Below, one piece after another: positions 12,243-25,914 of a DNA stretch of 62,645 nt (position 1 is the first letter of the stretch; each line of letters opens with the position of its first letter). The DNA is from Stegostoma tigrinum. Its lineage: Eukaryota. The position numbers were made by a program, and so were the translations under genes. The stretch spans positions 13,726,421 through 13,789,065 of the forward strand of contig NC_081397.1 in the NCBI RefSeq assembly GCF_030684315.1. The letters are read 5' to 3'. The notes beneath the pieces are model-generated. The model was not told the DNA's origin. It saw nothing but the letters and a program-made list of their open reading frames with translations, and did not search any database.

Positions 12243-15200
12243 CATAAGACCATGAGACCAGAAGACATAGGACTGGAAGTAAGGCCATTCGGCCAATCAA
12301 GTCCACTCCGCCATATAAATCATGGCTGATGGGCATTTCAACTCCACTTCCCTGCACTCTCCCTGTAGCCCTTGATTCCTTCTGAGATCAAGAATTTGTC
12401 GATCTCTGCCTTGAAGGCATCCAATGTCCCAATCTCCACTGCACTCTGTGGCAATGAATTCCACAAGCCCACCACTCTCTGGCTGAAGAAATGTCGTCTC
12501 ATTTCGGTTTTAAATTTACCCCCTCTAATTTTAAGGCTGTGCCCTCAGGTCCTAGTCTCCCCGCCTTACGGAAACAACTTCCTACCGTCCACCCCTTCGA
12601 AACCATACATTATCTTGTAAGTTTCTATTAGATCTCCCCTCAACCTTCTAAACTCTGATGAGTACAATCCCAGGATCCTGAGCCGTTCATCATACGTTAA
12701 ACCTGCCATTCCAGGGATCATCCATGTGAATCTCAGCTGGACATGCTCCAGGGCTAGTATGTCCTTCCTGAGGTGTGGGGCCCAAAATTGGACACAGTAT
12801 TCCAATTGGGGCCTAACTAGAGCTTTATAAAGCCTCAGAAGCACATTGCTGCTTTTAAATTCCAACCCTCTTGAGAAAAATGACAACATTACATTTGCTT
12901 TCTTAATTACAGACTCTACCTGCACGTTAGCCTTTAGAGAATCCTGGACCAACACTCCCAGATACCTTTGTACTTCTGCTTTGCTAATTTTCTCGCCATT
13001 TAGAAAATAGTCCATGCCTGTATTCTTTTTTTCTAAAGTGCAAAACCTCACATTTACTCACATTGAATTTCATCAGCCATTTCCTGGACCACTCTCCTAA
13101 ACTGTCTAAATCTTTCTGCATCTTCCCCACCTCCTCAGTACTACCTGCCTGTCCACCTATCTTTTTCATCGGCAAACTGCACCAGAATGCCCCTAGTCCC
13201 CTCATCCAGATCATTAATATATAAGGTGAACAGCTGCGGCCCCAAAACTGAAACCTGCGGGACACCATTCGTCACCAGTTTCCATTCCGAAAAAGAGCCT
13301 TTTACCCCAATTCTCTGCCTTCTGTCAGGCAGCCAATCCTCAATCCAAGCCAGTAGCTCACCTCAAACACCATGGACCCTCACTTTGCTCAGCAGCCTCC
13401 CGTGAGGCACCATATCAAAGGTCTTTTGGAAGTCTAGATAGATAACATCTACTGGGTTTCCCTGGTCTAACATACTTGTTACCTCTTCAAAGAATTCTAA
13501 CAGGTTTGTCAGGCACGACCTCCCCTTACTAAATCCATGCTGACTTGTTCTAATCTGATCCTGCACTTCCAGGAATTTAGAAATCTCATCCTTGACAATG
13601 GATTCTGGAATTTTACCAACTACCGAGTTTAGGCTAATCAGCCTATAATTTTCCATCTTTTCCTTGATCCTTTCTTAAACAAGGGGGTTACAACAGCAAT
13701 TTTCCAATCATCTGGGACTTTCCCTGACTCCAGTGACTTTTGAAAGATCACGACTAAAGCCTCCGTTATTTCCTCAGCTACCTCCCTCAGAACTCTAGGA
13801 TGTAGCCCATCGGGGCCAGGAGGTTTATCAATTTTTAGACTTTTTAGCTTTTCTAGCACTTTGTCTTTTGTAATGCCTACCATACTTAACTCTGCCCCCT
13901 GGCTCTCTTTAATTGTTGGCATACTACTCATGTCTTCCACTGTCATGACCGATGCAAAGTACTTATTAAGTTCTTCAGCTATTTCCTTATCTCCCATGAC
14001 TAGCCTTCCAGCAAAAATTTGGAGCGGCCCAATATCTACGTTTGCCTCTCGTTTGTTTCTTATGTATTGAAAGAAGCTTTTACTATCATTTCTAATATTA
14101 CTAGCTAGCCTACCTTCATATTTGATCCTTTCCTTCCTTATTGCTCTCTTTGTTATCCTCTGTTTGTTTTTGTAGACTTCCCAATCTTCTGATTACCCAG
14201 TGCTCTTGGACACTTTATAGGCTGTCTCTTTATCTTTGATATATTTCCTGACTTCCTTTGTCAGCCATGGCTGTCTAATCCCACCCCGGATAATCTTTCT
14301 TTTCTTTGGGATGAACCTCTGTACTGTGTCCTCAATTACACCCAGAAACTCCTGCCATTGTTGCTCTACTGTCTTCCCTGCTAGGCTCTGCTTCCAGTCA
14401 ATTTTCGTCAATTCCTCTCTCATGCCCCTGTAATTACCTTTATTTAACTGTAACACCATTACAACCAATTTTGCCTTCTCTCTTTCAAACTGCAGACTGA
14501 ACTCTACCATATTATGATCGCTGCCTCCTAAGTGTTCCCTTACTTTAAGGTCTTTTATAAAGTCTGGCTCATTACATAGCACTAAATCCAGAATAGCCTG
14601 CTCCCTTGTGGGCTCCATCACAAACTGTTCCAAAAAGCCATCCTGCAAACATTCCATGAATTCCTTTTCTTTGGATCTACCGGCAACATTATTCACCCAA
14701 TCCACCTGCATATTGATGTCCCCCATGATCACCATGACCTTGCCTTTCTGACATGCCCTATCTATTTCTCGGTGCATCTTGTGCCCCTGGACCTGATCAC
14801 TGTTAGGAGGTCTGTACATAACATCCATGATAGTTTTTTTGCCTTTGTGGTTCCTCAATTCCACCCACACAGACTCCACATCTTCTGACCCTATGTCATT
14901 CAGCACCATAGATTTAATTCCATTCTTAACTAATAAGGCAACCCCACCCCCTCTGCCCACTTCCCTGTCTTTTTGATATGTTGTGAATCCTTGGATGTTT
15001 AACTGCCAGTCCTGAGCTCCCTGCAACCACTTCTCTGTGATGCCTACCACATCATAGTCATTCAAGAGGATTTGTGCTGTTAATTCATCTACTTTGTTGC
15101 GAATACTACGAGCATTTAGATAAAGTGCCTTAATGCCAACTTTCTCATCATTATTAGAGAGGATGGAAACCCCAAGATGTCTTAAGCTATCCTTCCTTTT

Positions 15201-16270
15201 TGCTATATTCCTAGTCTGCCTTGAGCTTAAATCCACCTGTACACATGCTATCCTGTTGCTTATCTTTCCATTTAACTCCACATTCCCTGTTTCTTTCACT
15301 TTCCCTTGCCCCCGACTCACGAGTTTAATGTCCTACTGACCACCCCATTTATCCTTTTCGCTAGAACACTGGTTCCAGATCGGTTCCGGTGGAGATCGTC
15401 CCAACGGTACACATCCCCCCGGTTCCAAAACTGATGTCAATGCCCCATGAAATGGAAACCCTCTTTCCCACACCAATCCCTTAGCCACGTGTTTACTTCC
15501 CTAACTTTCTTTTCCCTATGCCAATTGGCACGTGGCTCGGGCAGTAATCTGGAGATTATGCCCCTTGAGGACCTGTACTTCAATGTTTTTCCTAGTGCTT
15601 CATAATCCCTGAACAGATCCTCTACCCTAGCTTTGCCTATGTTGTTAGTCCCAACATGGACCACAACAACTGGATCCTCCCCCTCCCGCACCAATATCCT
15701 TTCAAGCCGATCAGAGATGTCCCGCACCCTGGCACGGGGGAGGGGACACACCATGCAGGACTCCTGATCCGGCTTGCATAGGATACTATCTGTCCCCATA
15801 AAAATAGAATCCCCTATAACAACTACCTGTCTTTTTGCTCCCCCCTCTTGAATGGCCTTCTGCACCACGGTGCCGTGGTCAGCTGGCTCATCCTGTCCAC
15901 TGTCCTTTTCCTCATCTGTACAGGGAGCAAGAATCTCCTACCTCTTGGTCAAGGTCAAGAGCTGAGGCTCCTGTACTCCTGAACTCTGAATCCCCCTACC
16001 TGCCTCACTTACAGTCACACCTGAACACTTTCTGAATTTGAGTTATTTAATCTACTGGGTGTGACTGCCTCCTGAAACAAAGTGTCCAGGTAACTCTCCC
16101 CCTCCTGGATGTGCCGCAGAGTTTGAAGCTCAAATTCCAGATCATTTACTCTGATCCGGAGTTCTTCCAGCAACTAACACTTGCTGCAGATGTGGTCACT
16201 GCCATTCTCAATGGGATCAGCCAGCTCCCACATCATACAGCTACAGCACATCACCTGTCCAGCCATTACT
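12243..16270 (-). mobile_element. near-full-length CR1 LINE (ORF1 SGNH esterase; ORF2 APE + RT), frameshifted
   Basis: ORF1 VIGDS...VHVGTNN (15437-15868); APE YLNARSI...VGITEKW...MYRPP...SDHN (14193-15320); RT NYRLISL...QHGF...YLDFQKTFD (13363-13997) and C-terminal 12566-13051; (TCTTATGG)n-type tail at 12243-12272. Confidence 0.95.
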
Positions 16271-16274
16271 ACTT

Positions 16275-17165
16275 AGAACGTAGAAACATAGAACATAGAA
16301 AAGTACAGCACAGTACAGGCCCTTTGGCCCACCATGTTGTGCTGTGGAATAATCCTAATCCAAAAATAAAATAACCTAACCTACATTCCCCTCAATTCAC
16401 TGCTGTCCATGTGCATGTCCAGCAGTCACTTAAATGTCACTAATGACTCTGCTTCCACAACTACCACTGGCAAACTATTCCATGCGCTCACAACGCTCTG
16501 GGTGAAGAACCTCCCTCTGATGTCTCCTCTATATCTTCCTCCTAACACCTTAAAACTATGACCCCTCATGGCAGTCTATCCTGCCCTGGGGAAAGATCTC
16601 TGGCTATTGATTCTATCAATGCCTCTCATTACCTTGTACACCTCGATCAAGTCACCTCTCTTCCTCCTTCTCTTCAGAGAGAAAAGTCTGAACTCAGTCA
16701 ACCTCTCCTTGTAAGACAAGCCCTCCAGTCCAAAAGCATCCTGGTAAACCTCCTTTGCAGCCTCTCCAAAGCCTTTACATCTTTCCTATAATAGAGCAAC
16801 TAGAACTGGGCACAATATTCCAAGTGTGGTCTCACCAGGGTTTTGTCGAGCTGCAGCATAACCTCGCGGCTCTTAAACTCGATCCCCCTGTTAATGAAAG
16901 CCAAAACACCATATGCTTTCTTAAAAACCTTATCCACCTGGGTGGCAACTTTGAGGGAGCTGTGCACTTGAACACCAAGATCCCGCTGTTCCTGCACACT
17001 GCCGAGAATCCTGCCTTTAATCCTATATTCAGCATTTAAGTTCGACCTTCCAAAATGCATCACTTCGCATTTATCCAGGTTGAACTCCATCTGCCATTTC
17101 TCAGCCCAGCTCTGCATTCTGTCAATGTCTCGCTGAAACCTGCAATAGCCCTCGATACTATCAAC
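16275..17165 (-). mobile_element. 5'-truncated CR1 inserted at the 5' end of the 12.2-16.3 kb CR1
   Basis: ORF 16800-17117 WAEKWQMEFNLDKC...LVRPHLEYCAQF; (TTCTATG)n-like tail at 16275-16300. Confidence 0.9.
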
Positions 17166-17279
17166 GATTTACTTATTTAGTTAACTTTTACAATTTTTGT
17201 ATTAAATGCTTTCTAGTACTTCTCTGCTACACTCTTTTTCAATTAAGCAATTTCACTTTTAATCAATTTACCACAGCCA

Positions 17280-17425
17280 AGCCCTGCCCATCTTTGGACT
17301 GTGGGAGGAAACTGGAGCACACAGATATGGGGAAAATGTGCAAACTTGCCTCCAAAAATGACCAAAGGCTGGAATCAAATCCGGGTCCCTGGCATTGTGA
17401 GGCAGCAGCGCTAAACACTGCGTGA
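17280..17425 (-). mobile_element. V-domain SINE fragment with tRNA-derived head
   Basis: Reverse complement matches 2730-2800 and carries a B-box-like GGATTTGATTCC. Confidence 0.65.
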
Positions 17426-17846
17426 GGAATAAATGGATGGTATTATGTATGCATGATCGAATTAGTTCACGAGGGAGATAAAGGGCATAGATTTAGACAC
17501 AGGTCTGACAGTGAGATACCATAATCGGTGCTGGGAATGCACCATGTGAAGACAGTGAAGAAAGCAGACATTGAGACCAGGATCATAATTAGTCTGAAGC
17601 GATTGGAAAATTGGAGTTCGAGCGAGAGAATATTCAGACAATTGGATGCAATACTGATGGTGATTGTTGGCAACAGGCAACTTAGTAACTGGCCAGAGAG
17701 GGTGTACAGATGCTCCTCAGGAAGTTTTCTATCCAGATGCATCACAGCTTGGTATGGCAACTACTTTCCCCAAGGCTGCAAGAAACTCCCAAGTGCCATG
17801 AACACAGCCCAGTCCATCATGCAAACCAGCCTTCCAACCATTGACT

Positions 17847-17937
17847 GTCTGGCAGGGTCGAGGCCCGAAACGTCAGCTTTTGTGCTTCTGAGATGCTGCT
17901 TGGCCTGCTGTGTTCATCCAGCTCCACACTTTGTTAT
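17847..17937 (+). mobile_element. short PLE-pLTR-derived insertion carrying the 3' half of the hammerhead motif
   Basis: GGGTCGAGGCCC-GAAAC-GTC-AGC; 16-bp direct repeat CTTCCAACCATTGACT at 17831-17846 and 17938-17953. Confidence 0.85.
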
Positions 17938-17959
17938 CTTCCAACCATTGACTTCAACT

Positions 17960-18595
17960 TGTGATGATGCTGAGGTTTTGAGATTATGTCGAGGTTTTTG
18001 TTTTAAAATAAGGTTTAAAGCAGAGGTTACATCCAGTCTACCAGAGTCACTCGAGTAAACAGCTTGTGGGGCCTTAGTTTTTATTTAAAAGGTTGGAACA
18101 ATACAGCCAGCCTGGATGGCCATCTCTGATGGACCAGGATTTCTTGCAGATGTTAGGTTTTAACTTTAGATTTAAGCAGTTGTTGTTGTGTGTTTGAAGG
18201 AACGGAAGCTATTATTCCCTCTCTCAATTACAGCCAAAAGCTGGGGCCTCTCTCCCTCGGCTGCTAGATTCTATGTGAGACAAAACACACTTTTCTGAAT
18301 CTGTCTATTTGTCAAAGAGTGTGTTTATGAGACGTTCCTACATTGGGACAGTTAATTCATCGCTGTTATTCTGTTAAGTTTTCCAATATAATTAACCTAC
18401 TCCAAATTCCTCTTTCTGTGGTTGTATTTTAAACATAGTGTTTAAATAAGTTGTGTTTTGCTTGACATCGAGTAGTTTGACCAATTGAATTGCACCTGGA
18501 AAACAGCATTTACATCTGGCTTTAAAACAAGAAAAGTTTAGGGTCTAGGTTACCTGCTTAAAGCATTTTGAGGGGGTCTGGTCTGGTTCATAACA
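17960..18595. mobile_element. probable solo LTR (Gypsy-like)
   Basis: TGTGATGA...TCATAACA termini (7/8 inverted match), flanks AACT and ATCT, precisely interrupts the Rex1-like reading frame. Confidence 0.65.
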
Positions 18596-18901
18596 ATCTA
18601 TACTTCCTGCTGCACCAAGAAAGCAACTGACACACTCGAAGACCACTCCCACCCCAGTTATATTCTCTTCCATCTTCTTCCATCAGGTAGAAGATAGAAA
18701 AGTTTGAATACATGTCCCAACAGATTCAAGAATTCCTTCATCCTTGCTTCTATCAGACTTTTCAATGGGCCTCTCAAAAGTTAATGTTGAAGTTAAAGTT
18801 ATGCACCTTCTCTGCATATTCTGCATTCTGTTCTATTACCCTAATGCTCTTGTATGGCACAATCTGCCTATATAGCTCACAAAACAACACCTCTCACTGT
18901 A

Positions 18902-19021
18902 ATAAAATGTGAGGCTGGATGAACACAGCAGGCCAAGCAGCATCTCAAGCAGCAGCCTCACATTTTATTATCTTGGAATTCTTCAGCATCTGCAGTTCCC
19001 ATTATCTCTGATACTATTTTA
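18902..19021 (+). mobile_element. short PLE-pLTR-derived fold-back insertion
   Basis: ATAAAATGTGAGGCTG...CAGCCTCACATTTTAT inverted arms; 13-bp direct repeat ACCTCTCACTGTA at 18889-18901 and 19022-19034. Confidence 0.85.
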
Positions 19022-19084
19022 ACCTCTCACTGTATCTTGCTCCATGTGACAATAGTAAATCAAATCAAAGTCCAAAATGGTTTA

Positions 19085-20865
19085 GAAGACCATAAGACAT
19101 AGAAGCAGAAGTTAGGCATTTCGGCCCATCGAGTCTGCTCTGTCATTCAATCATTGCTAATAAGTTTCTCAATGCCATTCTCCTGCTTTTTCCCTATAAT
19201 CCTTGATCACCTTGATAATAAAGAACCTATCTATCTTTGTCTTGAATATAATCAATGACCTGGACTTCACAGTCTTTTATGGCAATGAATGCCATAGATT
19301 CAGCACTCTCTGGCTGAAGAAGGTTCTCCTCATCTCCATTCTAAAAGGTCTTCCCTTTACTCTCAGGCTGTGCTCCCTGATCCTGGTTTCTCTGGCCAAT
19401 AGAAACATCTTCCCAACATCCAGCCTGTCCAGGCCATTCACTATTCTGTAAATTTTAATTAAATCCTCCTTAGTCCTTCTAAATTCCACTGAGTATAGAC
19501 CCAGAGTCCTCACACATCCGTCATATGTTAAGCTTTTCATTCCTTGAACCATTCTTGTGAACCTCCTCTGAACCTTTTCCAGGGCCATTACATCCTTCCT
19601 GAGATATGGGGTCCAAAATTTCTCACAGTACTCTAAATGTGGTCTGACCAGAGCTTTGTAAAGCGTCTGAAGTACATCCCTGCTTTTATATTCTAGTCCT
19701 CTCAAAACAAATGCCAACATCATATTTGACTTCCTCACTACAGATTCAACCTGCAAGTTTATCTGAAGAAAATCCTGGACTGGCACTCCCAAGTTGCTTT
19801 GCACTTCAAATTTCTCAATGTCTTCCCCATTTGGCAAACAGTCTACTCTTCCTAATAAAGTGCATTCCCTCATACTTTCTCATGTTCTATTCCATCTGCC
19901 ATTTCTTTGCCCACTCTCCTAACTTGTCTCAATCCTTCTGCAGCCTCACCCCTTCCACAACAGCCAGAATGCCCTCAGTTCCTTCATTTCGATCATTAAA
20001 GTATCAAGTGAAAAGTTGTGGTCCCAACACTGACCCTTACAGTCACTGGCTGTCATCCTGAAAAGGACTGTTATATTTTGCATCAGGCCATTGCATTTTT
20101 GGGTGTGATATCCTTCACTTCTCCTCCTCGTCACCGACCGCCCCCCCCCCACCCCAGGTTTAAAGTCCTGCTGACCATCCTATTTACCCTTGTCACAGGA
20201 ACATTGGTCCCAGCTCAGCTCAGCTGCAGACCATCCCAGTGGTACAGATCCCTCCTATTGCAATACGGATGCCAGTGCCCCATGAAAAGGAAACCCTCTT
20301 TAGCACACCACTCTTTTAGCCATGTGTTTACTTCCCTTATTCTCACGTCCCTAGCCAACTGGTACAGGAATCCGGCAGTAATCCTTGAGTGCCTGTTCTT
20401 TAATTTACTTTCCAGTTCCTGATAATCCCTCAACACGTACTATTACCTCGTCTTGCCTATGTTGTTTATCCCAAAGTGGACCACAACAGCTGAATTCTCC
20501 CCCTCCCTCTGTCCTTTCAAGCTGGTCAGCGATGTCCCTCACCCTGGCACCGGACAGGCAACAGACCATGTGGTACTCCTTATCCTGCGTACTAAGGATG
20601 CTGTCTATTCCTGTAATTATCGAATCCCTTACAACTACCAACTCTTAAATGGCCCCCTGTGTCACGGTGCCGTGGTCAGCTGGCTCATCCTCCCTACAGC
20701 CCTGTTCCTCATCCACACTGGGAGTAAGTGCCTCATACCTGTTGGACAAAGTCAAGAGCTGAGGCTCCTCTGTTCCTGACTGCAGGATGCCTCTATCTGT
20801 CTCAATTGCAGTCACAACCTTCTGTCCCTGGCCACTGATCAAATTTGTGGTACTTAGTCTGACAT
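19085..20865 (-). mobile_element. internally deleted CR1 (ORF1 esterase region joined to RT C-terminus and tail)
   Basis: ORF1 motifs RDSIITGIDS...CCLSGARVRDI and FMGHW...WDGLQL at 20215-20780; RT C-terminal ORF 19277-19873; APE and most of RT absent. Confidence 0.8.
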
Positions 20866-21889
20866 TCTCCCCTCTCCCCACTCCCTGTGGGAGTGAATCC
20901 CACATTCCCTCCCAACCACTGCCTTTGGGCAAGAGTCCCACATTCTCCCCCCACTCCTTGTGGAAGCCAGTCCCACATTCACCCCCAATTTTCTGGAGGG
21001 GAAGGGGGGAACATTTCTCTGAATTCCCTGTTGGATTTATTTACGACTGTCTTCTATCCTTGGCCTCAGGTTCTGGTTTCCCAGCCCCACAAGTGGAAAC
21101 ATCTTCTGTACATCTCCCAGATCAAGTCACCTTCCAGAAATTGAAACACCTCGATCAGGTCACCCACAGCTTTCTCTTTTCATGAGAAACCAGCCTCAGA
21201 CTGTTCAGTCTCTTCTGACTGTTATAACCTCTCGGTTCTGGGATCATCCTTTGTAAATCCTGCTTGCACCCTCTCCAGTACCTGATTTAATACAAGGCTG
21301 ACACCATCTCGATCACAGGCAGCAGTATGTCACCAATAACTTACATTTTACACTCAAGGTGACCCAGTTTAACACTGAGTTAGTATTTAACTCACTGCCA
21401 CAGCTCATCTGGGCATGCTCACCTTGAGAAGTTCTGCTCCTCTCTCCAATGGGATTTCCATTCCAACCTTTCCTTTCTTGTTCACCGGCATTAACTTCAC
21501 TGTCGCTCCTGGTGTTTGAGCAGGTATTTGCTAAAACTTGTTTCCACAGCCATATCACATTCCTCAGTGTCTGCCTCAGCTCAAGCTCACCAAACTTGGA
21601 TCCTAACTGAAGATGCATTACTCAAGTTTTGAATCCTTTCTGGATCACAACGATCTCCATGATGTTCCATGTTCCACACAGAGCTGTTCTTTCCACATCA
21701 GTGTCATGCGGTGTCATACACACACTCTCGACCTCTCTCTAACAACATTGCTTTAAGCTGGCTCAGGGCAGCACAACTCCGCAGTTCCACTTCATCCTCC
21801 ATCTCATGCGCTGGGCTAACAAGTACCATTTTCTTTTCCTTTCAGACATAAAAGCATATGTGATGCAACACCTCAGAGATACCCATGAT

Positions 21890-23120
21890 ATTCTGGAATC
21901 TTCCTCCCCTCCCCTTTTCTCTGACTCCATCTCCTCCCACAACTCCACCTCCTGTCAGTTATTTACTGGAAATTGGAAGCAAAATTGTTAGCTTTTCCAA
22001 TTCCAGACCAGAAAGAGCAGCAGTACCAATGATATCACCGAAACATCAGAGAAAGAGTTGTGGGAGGCAGCCAGAATAGGACGAGAACAAGGAATGGTCC
22101 ACCTACTCCAGGAAGAGACAGGAATAACTATGTCCCATGTGGGTACCCTTGGGAACCACTCTGAATTAAAAGAGATGTTGTTGATGGTGAGGACAAGCTT
22201 GGGCATGTGGAAGAATGTGTTGTTGGTTGATGATGCTTCAGGCCTGGGCTCCAGCAGAAACAGAGCCCCAAGATCATCCTGATGGGGGATGGATCTGCAA
22301 AGGGATTGCACATCCATGGTAAAGATAAGGCTGCTGGAGCCTGCACACTTGAAATTTCTGAAAAAAACTCACAAAGGGTCAGAGGATTCATGGATGTTCA
22401 TGGGCAGGGACTGGACCAGGGGAGAAAAGGCCGAGTCAAGGTGGGAAGAGATGAGTTCTGTGGCCATGAGCAGGCTCTCACAATGGGTCTACACAGGCAC
22501 TCCTGTTTGTGGATTTTCAGAAGGAGGTAGAAGCAAGCTGAGTATGGATGAGGTTGATCGGCTTGGAGACAGCAGGAGGTGGGGGGGATGTGGTGGGGGT
22601 GGCAGGATCACCAGATGAAATGAGGTTAATGACAACAGTTGATACAATGGCCTGATGTTCTATGGTGGGTTCACGTTCCAGAGGGAAATAGGAGGAGGTA
22701 TCTGTGAGCTGGCGCTCATCCTCTGTAATGTGGAAGTTAGTACACCAGAGTACAACAATACCACCCTTATCGGCAGACTTAATAACAATCAGGGTTGGAT
22801 CTAAGTGCCAAGGTCAGTTGAGAGGAAGATGGGTTGCATTGGGTGTGGTGGGCAGAGAAACTGAGCTGTCCAATGTCATGTCAACAGTTCTCAAAGAACA
22901 TATCGAGTGCAGGCAAAAGGCCAGAGGGAGGGATCCAGGTGGAGGGAGAAGGTCTATGGGATATGGGGAGGGCTCTTGTTCAAAGAAGCAGGCACGGAGG
23001 AGAAGACAATGGAAGAAGAGTTCTTCATCACATATTGCCTGAAATCCATTAAGCTGGGAACACAGAGGGATAAAACTGAGACCTTTGTTGACTACGAAGC
23101 TCAGGCTCAGATTCTCTAGC
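21890..23120 (-). mobile_element. degraded Penelope-like element N-terminal and RT region
   Basis: VVNKGLSFIPL...FQAICDEELFFHCLLLRACFF (22814-23122) and MDVQSLCRSIPHQD...LVLTINNISFN (21988-22317), resembling PLE RT motifs. Confidence 0.75.
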
Positions 23121-25179
23121 ATCAGAAAGGAGTATCAGACTGTCAGAGAGTTGGCACTGAGGGAACACTGCACTGTCAGCGGTTTTGTACTGAGGCAATG
23201 CTGCACTATTGGAGCTGACATCTTATATGTGATGTTCTAATGTAGCTGTGTGCATGGTCATTACTTCCATGTCAATATAATTGATAACTCGAATACTGCT
23301 GTCAAATGAGCGTCCACAGAAATTGTGGAGGTGTAATTTTCTGATGAACTGGCTGATGAAATCACTGCTTTTAAATAACACTGGCTCCGGTGAGGAAGGG
23401 GCTGTTTTTGGAGACATCACTTTGAAAGAAGCAGCACATCTGTTGGAATTGAAGGTAATTTCAGAATTGTGAATTGAACTGGCCTGTCAGTGATGGTGAC
23501 TGAGAATCACTCAGCAGTAACTAAGGAACCTCATCTTGTTCCTTCATGTCCCCTACACACTCAGCAATCAGCTGTCCTCATCTATCAAGCCTCCTTGGTA
23601 CCAAGCCTCCTCCATCACTTTTTTCTGCACGCCAGTGATCTCCGAGCCCTGTAATCAAGACTAGGAATAACACAGCCTGTTTACTTGCTCAGACCCTCGG
23701 TGACACAGGTTACATAGGTTATTGCTCCACGTAACTCCATTTCCACACACATGTAGATGACGCTTAACTGCCCTCAGAAAAGTCACTTCAGGATGAGCAG
23801 CAAACACTGCTGCTCATCAGGAAATAAAAGTTTTTAAAAATTATTCTCAGCATTGCCACACTGTTGGATGGCCAGTGTTGAGGGAGTGTTGTACTGTTGG
23901 ATGGTAAGCATGAGATAAAGAGGAAATGTTACTGAGCTGTAGACATGATTACGAATTACATGTGCAAAAATGTTTAGCCAGTCTTCAGCAATAAATCACT
24001 GACAGGAGGATTGATACAGCCAGTCAAACTATTTGGAGCTTGCTTGAAGTTAGAAAGATGAAAGGTTGCAGCAGATCAGATAATCACGAGGCAGGAGAGA
24101 CTGGTCAAGGACAGGAAGTCAGTGCCAAATGTTTGATAGGCTCTTGTCAGGTCTCTGCAATTAAACATAGCTTTTCAAAGCATGGTTTAGGTACTGATAT
24201 CTCACTGGTGTTTGAGAATAAAACAAATTTTCATTGTACAGGTTCGGCTTTTGAGTATCCACCTGAATTTGCACCACTTGCAATTACTACAATGAGGTCT
24301 GTCTGCCCTTATGTGTGGTAATAATTGATCCCAGTGCCATTATTTGGAGAAGAATGGGTGCAGTGGGGAATTCTCACAGGGTACTGCAGTCAGTACCTTC
24401 CCTCAAAAGTCACTACAAAACATAGACATACAATCTGGAGCATTGTCACGTTCCTTCCTGTGGGAGCTTGCTGTGCACAAATTGGCTGCAGTTTTTCCCA
24501 TATGACGACCCTTCAATAAAAATAAGGTGAATTGTAAAATGCTTCAGGATGCTCAGAATTCACAATACCCACACAGTTAAATGTTTAATAGACGATGAAG
24601 CATTTTACTCACGGGAAGCTGAGTCCAAGGGGATTTAGACTGGCCCCTGTTGAATGGGTGGCCCGTTCGAGACTGTTCAGAGATGGATTTATTCCCAAAG
24701 TGTTCACTTGAAAGGTACCGATGGACAGATAGAAGAACGGTGACTGGACACGAAACACTAACACTGTTTTGCTACAGACGCCGCCGGATCTGCTGAGTTT
24801 CTCCAGCATTTTCTGTTATTGCTTCTTTCAGATTTCCTAGAATCCACATTCAGTGTTTTGTTTGATTAAAGGGGAGTTTCTGGCTCTCTCAGCTGGCCTA
24901 GGCAAAAGCTGAGCTCACTCTGGGCAGAGGCTCAGTCTTTACCAGTTCAAGGCGAATGTGGAGCTGTGTAAATCATATGGATTTCAATGTGGTTTTTCTT
25001 TTGTTTTAATGCAACATTCGTTTCAATGCTGTCTTGGTTTTACTTGTGAGACCACAGTGGGTTGTGGATGTAGGACTGCCTGAGAATGTGGTCAGGATCA
25101 CTCAGCAACTCACAGAGAGGGCAAACGGCATTTATGGGAAACTTGGACTAAACTGACCTCAGGGAGAATGCATAGGCAC

Positions 25180-25600
25180 CCATGCACAGACACACAAACA
25201 CACACTCCGCCTCCTCGAAACACACGCACTCAGCCACAGGCACACTCACTGAGACTCCCACACAGGCACCTGCCCACAGGCACACTCACTCACTCAGACA
25301 TACACTCACAGGCATTCACTCAGGTACCCAACAAACATGAACACACATGCACACACACACTCAGACAGACACTTATTGACTAAGTCACCAACTCACTCAC
25401 GCACACTCACATCCTCACTCAGACAGACACTTATTCACTAGGTCATCCATTCACTCACACACACTGACTCTCGCACTCACGCTCAGTCATGTGCCCATGT
25501 ACCATCAGATACTGACTCATAGAAACATTCAATCAAACATTCACTCACACCCTTTCACACACTTACAGTCTCACAAACACACAGTTTCTCGTGTGCACAC
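25180..25600. repeat. CA-rich degenerate low-complexity tract
   Basis: Direct reading. Confidence 0.85.
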
Positions 25601-25914
25601 GCAAGGCCAACATATTTTACAAATTTTCATTGCGACACACGAGTTTGTGAATGTAATCCAAGAGGGAGCAATATTGTCAGAGCTCAGACAGCCCAGTCAG
25701 TGAGTGTGCACGGCAAATATGTTCGACAGGCAGGCAACAAAAACAAATAGTGCAGTACACTTGCACAGATTCGACAGACGTGAGGCCAAGAAAAAGCAGA
25801 ATTGGAAAGGTACACAGGGCAACCTTTCTAAGAGGTTTGTGAAGATTAGCTTCTGGAACATTCACCACTGACATCAAGATTCTTGGATTATGCAAGTTTG
25901 TGCAAACCCTTTCA

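Larger units (their letters stand above)
17715..18780 (+). mobile_element. Rex1/Babar-type LINE 3' fragment split by two insertions
   Basis: SFLSRCITAWYGNYFPQGCKKL...TAQSIMQTSLPTID then, after 18595, IYTSCCTKKA...DHSHPSYILFHLLPSGRR, typical of the Rex1/Babar C-terminus. Confidence 0.7.

Noticed and set aside
17365-17425. tRNA-like sequence
   Set aside because: Continuous with a V-domain SINE body, so a SINE head rather than a tRNA gene
20860-20990. Recurring TCCCACATT with variable spacers, superficially CRISPR-like
   Set aside because: Repeat is only 9 bp, the spacers resemble each other, there are no cas genes and the context is eukaryotic; a degenerate minisatellite
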